Shown one piece after another: positions 28,431-41,828 of a stretch of 64,000 nucleotides of DNA (its first letter is position 1; every line of letters starts with the position of its first letter). The position numbers were made by a program, and so were the translations under genes. Below the pieces are notes generated by a model. It was not told where the DNA came from. It ran no database searches and saw only the letters and a program-made list of their open reading frames with translations. The DNA is from the human T2T-CHM13v2.0 reference genome, Homo sapiens, in assembly GCF_009914755.1 (NCBI RefSeq), contig NC_060926.1, one strand, 5' to 3'.

Positions 28431-30460
28431 TTAAAATTAAAAGTAAAAATTTTCCCCATATACATGTACACATATATGCAAGTGTGGTATTATAGGTGCA
28501 AGGGTGCAGAGAAGCCTAGTAGGGTAGGGGCACCCAGGAAAGGTGGCCTCTTCCTCTTGTGGGTTTTGGGGAGCATCACAGGGCCTCAGGGAAGGGTGAG
28601 TTATGTGTCATGGAAGGGCAGTGGCTCAACCTGGGGGTCTTCAGAGATAAATGAGGAGGGACTGGGGCAATGCATCAGGAAGGAGGCTCAGGAGAGGCAG
28701 GGCCAGATCACCCGGGGGGCTCGAGCCCCTTCAGGCCTTTTGTAAAGTTTGGGAATTCATTCATCCCACACTGGAGGGTGTCAGACTTTTTTAAGACTCT
28801 TTCATTCTTTTTGTTTGTGTCATTACTTTAAGTGACAGAAGCAGTTCCATAGTCATTTTCATGGTTTGGGGAGACCCTTTCTTGGATCATAGTAATTCTT
28901 ACAATAATGCCTGTGCTCTAACCACCAGTTTTAGGGGATTGTGGGCCGCGACTTGGCCTCCTTGTCTCCGCTCTGTGTTGGCTTTACAGTTGTGGATGCT
29001 GCGGCTCACCCAGCGCTGTGTGGCAGTGGGTCCTGCTGCAGGATGTCCACAATGCAGACCACAGGGCAGGGTGTCCCTGGCACCCATGGGGTCAGGGGTG
29101 AAGCTGTTATCTGTGAAATGACAGAAATGAAACCCAGCATTGGAGAAGAATCGTCTGCGCCCCCTCTAATCCACCTGTGAAACACTGTGCTGAAACACCA
29201 TGAGGAAGAGGAAGCATTGGGGTGTAAAGAAACCCAGAAATGCTGGTTTCTAGAAATGGTATTAATTGTCTCAGGGGCTCTCCCTACAGTGTGAAATAGC
29301 TGGCTGGGCAGCTGCAGCCGGTTCCATCTTCTCCATAGCCACGCCCTTCCCGTGACCTCATGGGGTATCTGCACAGTGGGTGCAGTGCAAAAAGACACAG
29401 TCAAGCCTGTGAGCCAGTAGCTGGCGAGGGGGTGGTTTGGTAGTGAGAGATGATTACAGGGACGGGGGTTGGCTCATGGTTCTGCCACACCACCCTCCAT
29501 CTCTAACTGGGACTCTGACTTGGAATATAGACTTCACTATGCCACATGATGTAGTGACATGGCAGAGGAGGCAAACAGAGTGGAAGGAGACAAGTCAGAG
29601 AAGAAGGAAGTGAAGGGCGGAGAGCAAGGGATGCTCATTGCCAAGGCCGTGGCAGTCACTGCCAGCAACAGGTGTGGGCCTAGCTTTGATTCTGTCACCT
29701 GCAGGGGTGCCTGCCCCAGAGCAGGGCTCCTTGAAATCTTCCATCCCCTTATTGGCTGTGCACTAATGTCTCTTGGAGAGACTTCTCAAAAACCTCCCTG
29801 TACTTAACTTGGTTTGACAAATTTGATAACATTTTATGTTTTAATAGGCAAACATTTTCATGGCTTAAAAATTGTAAAATATAGCAGGATATGTGGTAAA
29901 GCCTGTTTCCTACCCTATCCTCTAGCCATCCATGTCCCCTCCCTTAAGACACCAATGCCATGTGCTTGTTGGGTTTTTTTCTGAAGTTATGCTGTGTATA
30001 TGCCAGCAGGCCTGCATGTGCAGACATGAGACAGTTTTCCACATCCCTGGTGCCATGCTGCGTGCTCGCTGTGTGCCTCTTCTGACGGTTTCACTGGCCC
30101 ACAAGGAGTTTTGTGTTCCATTGTCCAGCTGCATGCTGGCCTGCTGCCAGGCTGTGCTGCAGATTCTTCAACCAGTGCTCTCTGGATGCCTGTTAGCCTC
30201 TTTCCAGCCTGTGCTTCACACTAATACGTTAGTTTTGTGAAGGAAGCTGCACCCCCCTTGCTCTGAGGTCTGGGCCTAGGCTCTGGCTGGATTGAGCATC
30301 ATTCTAGCTGGAAAAAGAGGGTGGGGTTAGACGACGTGTTTAAGCTTCTGCCCGTTTATTTCAATTATGACCTGGCCTGTAGGGTTTTCTTTGGGAAATG
30401 GGCAGTTAATGGTTAGATACTATTTGTAAGGCACATGTCTCTAAAATATTACCTTCTAGT

Positions 30461-31451
<991 letters not shown>

Positions 31452-33386
31452 TAACCTGTAGCATCCTGAGTGAGGCTTGTCAAAGCTGCTTTTGACCCCA
31501 GTTTCAGGTACATTGGCTCTGTTGGGCTTTCCTCTGCCTGGCCTATCAAGCGGCCAACTCAAGCTGCAGGTGCAAGGGCAGATGGTTCTGCAGGGACCTT
31601 AATGACAGCCAGGCCCAGGAACACACAGTGCTTGTGTGGAAGTCTACATTTCAGCTGTGATGGTGTCTCGCTGAGGCTGGTTCTGGCCATGCCCTCCCAG
31701 CATTTCAGCTGTTCCAACCAAGGTGCTCTACATCTCAGAGGGAAGGCAACGGCCTGGGCAGCACGTTGCACGTACATTTTGGAGTCATGTTGGTTGGTGG
31801 TCTTCAGTTTCTGAATCTGTGATATGGCATGGTCATTCATCACAGGCGAGGTGATGCAAAGTTACCAACTGGGAGCACACCTGCCCCTTCTCATTCACTC
31901 ACGCAGCAGGTAGTTTTCAGGCACAAAGGAATTGACTTGTGGAGCTGGCCCTGGGGTCTGTCTGTAGGAGAGCAGGAAGTAGTAGCCACCTGCGGAGGGC
32001 TCACAGGCATGTGCCTGCGAGACTGCTTACAAGCCCCTGTGCGGGATTTAGGGCAGACCAGAGCCATGAGCGTCCATGGTCAAGTGAAGGTCTGGTAGGT
32101 GTGAGCTGTTAGCCCTAGGGTCTGCTGCATGCGGTGCCAGGGGCTGAGGAATGCTGAGGCAGCTTTTCCTCCAGTCTCTGCTCGCTCCGTGCACAGCCCT
32201 TGTCTCCTGCCTGATAGTGGTCAGTAGTCAGTTGGCTTAGGGTACACGGTCTCCACCCAGTGAACCTGGCGCTGGCAGAAGCTTGTAGAAGAATGGGTGC
32301 AAAAAAGATATCTCAGAGGGCCTGCAGATGGCTGTTTTTAGGAAGTGAATAGGCTTCTTCTTTTTCTTCATTTTTTCTTTAAGATACTCTTGAGGTTTTG
32401 AGGCTCCACCCTGAGCTCTTTGTGGCTGAGGGCTGCTGTGGCTTGATGAAGGGGACAGTCTTCAAATCTTGCACAGGCTGGGGAAGGTTGGGACAGCACA
32501 GCCCTGAGTCTCGAACAAAATGGGGCAGAGGGGAGGGCAGGAGAGCCGTCAGATTCATGGGGCCACATCCTCGCAGCAACCCAGGGGAAGCTGAGGCCCC
32601 AGGGTCTGCATGATGGAGGCCGAGCACGACGGAGGAAGTGGAATTATTGCACATGGTGGGTTTCGACACTTGGGACTCGCTCCTCAAAGAGGAAAATCGA
32701 GAGTGGGGGTGCACAGAGCAAGGGCTGAAGAAACAAAAAGCAGGGGGTTTAGGGGAGAGATAAACCTCTTTGCATGAGTCAAGCTGAAAAGCAGTTTGGA
32801 AGGTCAAGTGCTAGCCAGTGTCTTTTTTTGCCTGCCCAGCCTCTTCTTCTGCCATGTCTGCCCTGACAGGGGCAGAGTTCTCAGTTCCCATGTCAGAACT
32901 CGGCACCAGCTTCTCTGTTGACAGTTGCAAGGCCTGTGGCTGAGAGAAGTACTTGTGCTGTGTTTCTGCAAGGTAAGATGGCCCTGATCACAGCTCATGA
33001 TGCCTGAGATCAGGAGGGTCTGCTCCATGAGATATCAGCAGAGGCCATCCTGTGAAATATTTTAACTAATTGAACTGAATGTTGAAGACAAGGCCTGTGG
33101 CAGTGTTGTATTTATATGTGACAAGCCGAGAGTCCTTGGACAACCTTGGAAACTCCTTTTTAGGACAGAATCAACTGAGACGATACACACGAAGGAGCTT
33201 TTGTGAGCAGAGTACAGAGCTCGTTATTGCAGTACAAGGTTGTAGGTTTTCACACAGCTTTTGAGGATGGGTTGGTGGCCCAGGGAGGATGTCAGGAACT
33301 GTCCTTCACTAATGGGGATTCTCGAGTTCCTACCACGTGCCAGATAGCGTGCTGATTGCTTTGTATCCACTTCCCTTTTAATCCCT

Positions 33387-33851
33387 TGTATTAGCTTCCT
33401 GTGGTTGCTGTAACAAACTCGGTGGCTTAAAGCGAAAGGAACTTATTCTCTCACTGTTCTGGCCTCCAGAATCACTGGGCTGAATCAAGCTGTGGGCAAG
33501 GCCATGTTCCCTCCAGTAGCTTAGGGCGGAATCCATTCTGTGGCTGCTGGCTTGCCTCGGCTGCCGGCCCCTTCCTCATCTTCACACCAGCAGGGTAACA
33601 TCTTCTCTCCGTGACTCCGCTTCTCTCTGCTTCTGTCACACGGCCCTCTCTTCTCTCCGAAATCTCCTGCCTTCATATAAGGACATTTGTGATGGCATTT
33701 GGGGCCTACCAGTGTAATCTAGGATAATCTCATCTCAAGATTCGAAACTTAATTGAGTCTGCAAATCCTTTGCTGTATAAGGTAACATTAATAGGTTCCA
33801 AGGATTTGAACGTGAACCTCTTTTGCAGGGGGCATTATTTGACCTGCCATA
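33387..33851 (-). mobile_element. MLT1 (MLT1C-like) MaLR LTR inserted in a MIR
   Basis: TGTATTAGCTTCCTGTGGTTGCTGTAACAAA start, GGATAATCTC...TCAAGATT...CTTAAT...TCTGCAAA body. MIR-like sequence continues on both sides. Confidence 0.8.
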
Positions 33852-34159
33852 CCTCACAGCAGCCTGATGAGGACCATACTGTCCCACATACAGTGGGCTT
33901 AATGAGGAAGCTGAGGCTTGGGGAGGCCTAGGGGTGGCCATGGTCCTTTCCTCTCCCAGACTCTGGGGTAGCTGACTCTGGGGTCATTTTGTCATGTTGC
34001 TGGGCACTCACTTGGTGAACAGATAATCCCCTGTCATTTTACTATGTTGTTACATGGGTTTGAAAAAAGAGTTTTTCAACTCTCTGGCTGAGCCCCTGTT
34101 CCTGTGAGGGCCTGTGGTTTTTCCTCCCGGCTCCACCCTGGTTTCGGCGCAGTACTTGA

Positions 34160-34639
<480 letters not shown>

Positions 34640-35210
34640 TTGTTATGTTTTTTAAGCTAACCCTGTAGAGCACTCACTGTGCACCAGCACCTGTTGGCTC
34701 AAGGGGGTGACAGACATTCCCTATCACAGATTACAATGAGTCACCGGCATTTTTGGAATTTCACTAAGTGTCGTTGCTGTGCTGTGCCTCAGCATGCAGC
34801 ACTTCATTTAATCCTCTGGACACCTTGAATGATAAGTGTCTGTCATCCCATTTTACCCGTGAGAGAATTGCGGCTCAGAGAAGTTGTCACCCAGCTGGTT
34901 GGTGGCAGAGGTTTCAGAGGTCTTTCTGTGCATAAAACCCTCACTTATGGTTATGCCAGGTAGGCCTTGGAGGGGATAGACCCATCGCCAAACTCACAGG
35001 AGAGAGAGGAGGGCACTCACAGGTGATGATGTCTATCTGTCTTCTTTCTGGTGGGGACCCAGAGTTTTATTTCCATCTCGTTTTCTTTATGAATGCTTGT
35101 CTCACACTTATGTATTTTTTGGGCAGTCCCTGAATAACTACACCAGGCTTCTGAATGCCGAGTTTCTTAGAGTAGCCGGGAAAGGGCCTTTTTCTTTTCC
35201 TCTTGGATGT

Positions 35211-35641
35211 TCTCTTAGTCTGTTTTGTGCTGCTATAAAAGAATACCTGAGGCTGGGTAGTTTTTAAAGAAAAGAGGTTTACTTGGCTCACAATTCTGAT
35301 GGCTGGAAGGTTCAAGACTGGACATCTGCATCTGGTGAGGCCTCAGGCTGCTTCTACTCGTGGTGGAAGGTGAAGGGGAGCTGTCGTGTGCTGAGCTCAC
35401 ATGGCGAGAGAGGAAGGAAGGGAGCGGGTGGTAGTGGTGGTGTCCCAGGCTCTTTTCACAGCCAGCTCTTGTGGGAACCAACGGAGTGAGAACTCACGCA
35501 CCCTCAAAGCGGGGGGTGGTTGGGGGAGGGCATTAATGTATACATGAGGGATCTGCCCCCATGACCCAAATACTTCCCATTAGGCCCCACTTCTAACATT
35601 CGGGATTAAATTTCAGTGTGGAGTTTGGAGGGGACAAACAT
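35211..35641 (-). mobile_element. MST (MaLR) LTR
   Basis: TCTTAGTCTGTTTTGTGCTGCTATAAAAGAATACCTGAG...CATGAGGGATCTGCCCCCATGACCCAAA...GGGGACAAACA. Confidence 0.85.
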
Positions 35642-36525
35642 TGTCCTCTTGTGCCTGTGCCACACTTGCCCCTCCGTCCCCCTCATCTGCTGATGATTCA
35701 TCACACTGTTAACTTGGTCTCTCCATCTGTTTAAACGCTTTCTCCTTTCCCCTATTATGTTGCTGTTAAGACTGTGAAGCTGTCAGCAATGTTAGCGACA
35801 CCGTCCACATGTGGGGACAACAGGTCCAGTGAACCTAGCATCATCAGTGTCCTTTGCCCTTGGAACTGAGTGGAAATTATCTTCTCAGCCTCCATGGATT
35901 TAACTTCTGTGTTCTTGATGTGAAGCTTCTTTTCCTTAAGTTAGAGTTTTTGCATATACATCCCACACATACACTTGCATTTGATTTTCTTGTCTGTATA
36001 TGCACACACAACACACACTTGATTTTCTTGCACCATAATAACGTTTTTCTGATTTTAAATTAGAAAAGGACAAATGAGTTGAATAGTTATCTATTAGTTA
36101 TAGATAATTATCTATTATCTAATTATTATCTAGTTCTCTATTTAATAGTTATCTATTAGTTATTAACTGTCTAATAGTTATTTATTTCTTGGGAACTTAA
36201 GTACCAACTTAGTGGTAATTTTACATGAAATGAAATGTTCTCTGGGTTCCAGATAACTTATAAATGGGCTTTTAGAGTACAGCCTGTTGGTTGAACAGGC
36301 CGTAAGTTCAGCCTCATCTTTGTCGAGTTCCACAACTAAGTTTTACAATTATTTATGAATGATAGTGCTTAGCATACTTTCCAACTCAGTGAGACCATGA
36401 ACTAATTGAATTTGTAATAACCCTGAGTAAATCTTAGTGGACTAATAGTAAAACTTTGAGGTTTTACAGTAAGAAAGTGAGATCCTTAGATATACCAATT
36501 TTAATGTCTCAGTAAAGAAAACAAT

Positions 36526-36832
36526 TTTATTGATTGATGGATTGATTGAGACAGGGTCTTGCTCTGTTGTCTAGTCTGGAGTACAGCCATGTAATCATAG
36601 CTCATTGCAGCCTTGAACTCCTGGACTTAAGTGATCCTCCCACCTCAGGGTTCTGAGTAGTTGGGAGTACAGAAATGCCTTACCATGCCTAAATTTTATT
36701 TTTTATTTTTTTATAGGGATGGGGGTCTTGCTTTGTTACCCAGGGTGGTCTTGAACCCCTGGCCTCAAATGATCCTCTCACCTTGACCTCCCAAAGCGCT
36801 AGGATTTCAGGTATGAGCCACCATGTATGGCT
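36526..36832 (-). mobile_element. Alu (AluJ)
   Basis: Diverged dimer with (TTGA)n tail. Confidence 0.85.
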
Positions 36833-37510
36833 GAAAACAGAAAATTTATAAGGTGCCACTAGGGGAGGGTAATAAAGGAAGGAAGGGGAATGAAATCCAA
36901 ACCAAAATAAATGCTGTTTAGTGTGTGGCTGGTGGGTCGCATTTCTCATTCTAAGAACTGTGGCATTTCTTTTTGATGGTTCTGTTGATCCTGAAACCAG
37001 TGAGACTGCAGTTTGTGAAGGATGATGATAGAAGTCGATAACTCCTCATGGTTCATTGCTGGACCATGAGTTTAGCTGTAACTAGATGCAAAGCTCATGG
37101 CTGAGATTGAGAGCCAGAGAGACCCAGAGTCTCTACATCACGCCCACACTGGTACTTCCAGCCTAGGAGGCGTGGTGAATGCCTCCCACGGTGGTTGCTG
37201 AGATGGCTTTGAGCAGAGCAGAGATGAGTCAACCATGGCAGGATAAAGTGAACAGCTGGGAAAAGGGGTTTTGGGGGCTGGGGGTAAGGGGAACTGGAAT
37301 AGTGTTGCAATTTTCCCCATCCTGGCTGTACCTTACCATCACCTAGGGGCTTTTGAAAAACATGGCAGCCTGCCCTCCACCCATGCTGTGCTAATTAGTG
37401 TAATCCTGGGTGGGGCCAGCATGACATTTGCCACCTTTCCCATGAGGTGATTTGGAGGTACAGCTGGGGTGGAGAGCAGTGGGCCTTAGAGGTTTAGAAC
37501 CCAGCCTCCT

Positions 37511-37807
37511 GGCTGGGCACGGTGGCTCACGCCTGTAATCCCGGCACTTTGGGAGGCCGAGGTGGGTAGATCACGAGGTCAGGAGTTCAAGACCAGCCTG
37601 GCCAAGATGGTGAAACCCCATCTCTACTAAAAATACAAAAATTAGTCGGGTGTGGTGGCTGGCATGCGCCTGTAATCCCAGCTTCTCGGGAGGCTGAGGC
37701 AAGGAATGGCTTGAACCTGGGAGGCGGAGGTTGCAGTGAGCCGAGATCGCGCCATTGCACTCCAGCCTGGGCAACAGAGCAAGACTCCGTCTCAAAAAAA
37801 AAAAAAA
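37511..37807 (+). mobile_element. Alu (AluSg-like)
   Basis: GATCACGAGGTCAGGAGTTCAAG and GCCAAGATGG diagnostics. Confidence 0.9.
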
Positions 37808-37814
37808 GAACTTG

Positions 37815-38157
<343 letters not shown>

Positions 38158-38872
38158 TCAAATCCCCACATATTGGTGTTGAGCCAGTCTCTTAGATGCC
38201 GAGCCTCAGTCCCCTCCTTCTCTCAGGCTGTGAAGGTGAACTGTGATGTGCAGAGCTGCAGCATGTTCTGCTGTGCACCAAGGAGGGTTCCACAGTCATA
38301 GAGGCATAGTCATGACTGATGTGAAAGGGCCAACGCACGTGACCTCCTGCCCCTGTCCGTCCACATCTCACTTGGTAAAACCACAGCCCTGGTTCTGGCC
38401 ACTTCTCAGCACAGTGGCCTGTGGCTGGAGAAGAACACATGACATGTTGATGAGTCTGTAAATTCATGACCACAGAGCTCCAGTGAGCCATTGGGAGTGC
38501 TTGGCACTCAGAGTGTTTCCCTGTGGTCCTAGACTGGGGAGCGGCCCCTGGATTTTAAAGAGCTCTGGACCCAGTGGTGCAGGTGGGGAGACCTGGCCCC
38601 TGGAGGCTGACCCAGTGCACGTGCAGCCCCACCTGGGGTTCCCCTGATTGGACTCCTGCCTCAGGAGGGGCATGAGACTCACTTGGCGCTGCTTCTGAGC
38701 TCTAAGTCCTTGCTCCTTAGTGGTCTGTCCCTTCCCTCCGCAGGGAGGCATGGCCCGCTGGGCTTCGGCCCCTGCAAGGAGGCCTGGTGGGGCCTTTCGC
38801 CTTCTCAGCCAGGCACTGAAGGAGCAGGAAGGGGAAGCATGATACCAGGACCACAGGAAGAAGTGGTGCTGA

Positions 38873-39320
<448 letters not shown>

Positions 39321-41240
39321 TTATGTTTGTTGCAACCTTGTTGACCTGTAGTTTCAGAAACCAGAATGGTTTGGCCCAAGCTTTTGATTTGAGATCACAC
39401 TAAAATAGTTTTAGCTGAGGGTGTTGGAGGTGCCTCCTGTGTATATGAGTGTGCGTGTATGTGGTGTGCCTGTGCGTGCATGCATGTGTGTGTCTGTGGC
39501 TTCACTGTAGATGGCCGTTGTGAATGATGTCCTGACCTGAGTCCTGTGAGAAACACTGTTGAGTTACTTCACAGTCATTCCACACAGGAGAAAAGGATGA
39601 ATGACCCTGTTGGGTTAAAAAATTGAGCTTTGAAAAGCTTTTTTCCCTTTGTACTTGGCAATCTCGCAAAGCTATCAGGAGAGAATGTGGAATTAAAATA
39701 TATAGCAGGTGGGAGTATGGTTTTTTAACTTACACTTAAGGTTTCTGTGGTATCTCATCATATGTGGAATATTTCTGTTAGACCATCTGAGAATTTTAAG
39801 CTCTGGTGGATGGAAGTAAGGTTGCTTTTGAACAGAAGTCTGCCATGCCGCTGCTTCTCACAGGCTGCAGCCTCAGGTTGAGCGCTCAGGAACCAAGGTC
39901 AACGCTCAGTGTGTGTTTGCCAAGTAGACTGTGTAGATTTGAAGTGCTTAGACTGGCTGTCTGTAAGCTTTTAAAATTCTTCATTTAATAATCTATAAAT
40001 GTCGAAGCCTCCCAAGACGTTGCTGGCCCTGTTAGTAAGTTTGCCGCAGCCCCCTAGCCGCCAGGAGTGCCCGAGAACCCCTGTTGGGGCTGAAGTCACA
40101 GACAGCACCGTGGAGTTCGGGACTGTAGCTCTGAAATTCTGCCACAGGCCAAGCAAACTGCCAGGGGTGTGTGGTCTGGGGTGAGGACTGATTGAAGAAG
40201 TAACAATCTTGGATGACTTTGAAAAGCTCTGGGAGTTGCCATTGACTGTGATGTTGATGCTGGGAGTGTGCTGGAGGGCCACCTGTCCTTGTCCCTCTTT
40301 TTGTGCCCCACAAGGAGGGTGTAGGAATCAAGAGTTTCAGCTGGGCATTGGTCTGCTCCAACAAGGCCTCTTTTTGATCTCCCATGTGACTCCATTTTCT
40401 CGTTCTCTCCTGTGGCTGGGCCTGTTTCTGCCTGCCGTGGAGCAGAAGTATGGTTCACATGGGGGGAGACCTACAGGGGCCAAGGAGGGCTGGGCCTTGA
40501 AAGTGATGAGCTTGAGTCCCTGTTGGGGTCCGGGGTTGGGGGAAGGGCACAAGGTACACAGCTGGGCTTGACCCAGCCCTGCTCCTGGGAGTTCCCTCAG
40601 AGAGTGCCCAGAGCAGAAGAGTCTGTGCTGTGAGCACACCCACGGCAGCGTGCACAGACTCGAGTCCCCCAGCAGATTCTCTTGGCTGCCCTGGATGGAG
40701 ATACGGTGAAACTCTGCTGGGGAGAGCACAGTCCAGTGGAGAAGCCAATCTGATGTGGACAGATGAGCTCTGTGGCAAGTGTCCAAGGAACCAGGCTGGT
40801 GGTGCAGATGTCTGTCCCCTTCTGCTGAAGTGCTCTCTCTGTCATGCAGCTGTTCTTCATGTGTCCTCTGTCCTCTGGAAGATGACTTCCTGAGGGAGAG
40901 GCCACAGCACATATGTCTGTGTCCCCTCCCCTAGCCCCAGCCCAGGGCTTACTGAGGGTCTGTGGTGGGTCTTCAAATCTGTGCATCCTCAGTAGGAAGC
41001 ATCTGCAGAAAGGAGGAGTGAGGTTTGAGAACCTGATATTCTCCTCTTACAGAAGAGGGCATTGGGGCCCAGAAAGGGCAGTGACTTGCCCAGAGTCTTG
41101 CAGCTTAGCTGGGGCATGGCTGGCTGTGGAGTCCAGCCTCCAGGCCTCCCTCTCCATGAGGTGCTCTTTCCTGCTGCCCTGAGCTGCACTTCTGCTTGCC
41201 ACAGTGTGGGAGTGCCCTAGGCAGGAGAAAGGAGTGTATT

Positions 41241-41828
41241 GTAGGTGCAGTGTAGAGTGAGGAGGGCAGTGCGGGTGCAGTGTAGAGTGAGGAGGGCAGT
41301 GTGGGTGCAGTGAAGAGTGTGGAGGGCAGTGTGGGTGCAGTGAAGAGTGAGGAGGGCAGTGTGGGTGCAGTGGAGAGTGAGGAGGGCAGTGCGGGTGCAG
41401 TGTAGAGTGAGGAGGGCAGTGTGGGTGCAGTGAAGAGTGTGGAGGGCAGTGTGGGTGCAGTGGAGAGTGAGGAGGGCAGTGTGGGTGGAGTGGAGAGAGT
41501 GGAGGGTAGTGTGGGTGCAGTGGAGAGTGTGGAGGGCAGTGTGGGTGCAGTGTAGAGTGTGGCGGGTAGTGTGGGTGGAGTGGAGAGTGTGGCGGGTAGT
41601 GCGGGTGGAGTGGAGAGTGAGGAGGGCAGTGTGGGTGGAGTGGAGAGTGAGGAGGGCAGTGTGAGGACAGTGGAGAGTGAGAAGGGCAGTGTGAGGACAG
41701 TGGAGAGTGTTGAGGGCAGTGTGAGGACAGTGGAGAGTGAGGAGGACAGTGTGGGGACAGTGGAGAGTGTTGAGGGCAGTGTGGGTGCAGTTGAGAGTGT
41801 GGAGGGCAGTGTAGGTGCAGTGTAGAGG
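41241..41828. repeat. 30-bp G-rich minisatellite (VNTR), ~19.6 copies
   Basis: Unit consensus GTGGGTGCAGTGGAGAGTGAGGAGGGCAGT in exact 30-bp register, with variant units. Confidence 0.96.

Noticed and set aside
39971-41189. Cluster of 100-190 aa ORFs on both strands
   Set aside because: No homology I can recognise, mutually overlapping frames, and no consistent splice signals.
41241-41828. CRISPR-like periodic array
   Set aside because: Contiguous tandem units without unique spacers, in primate DNA. It is a minisatellite.
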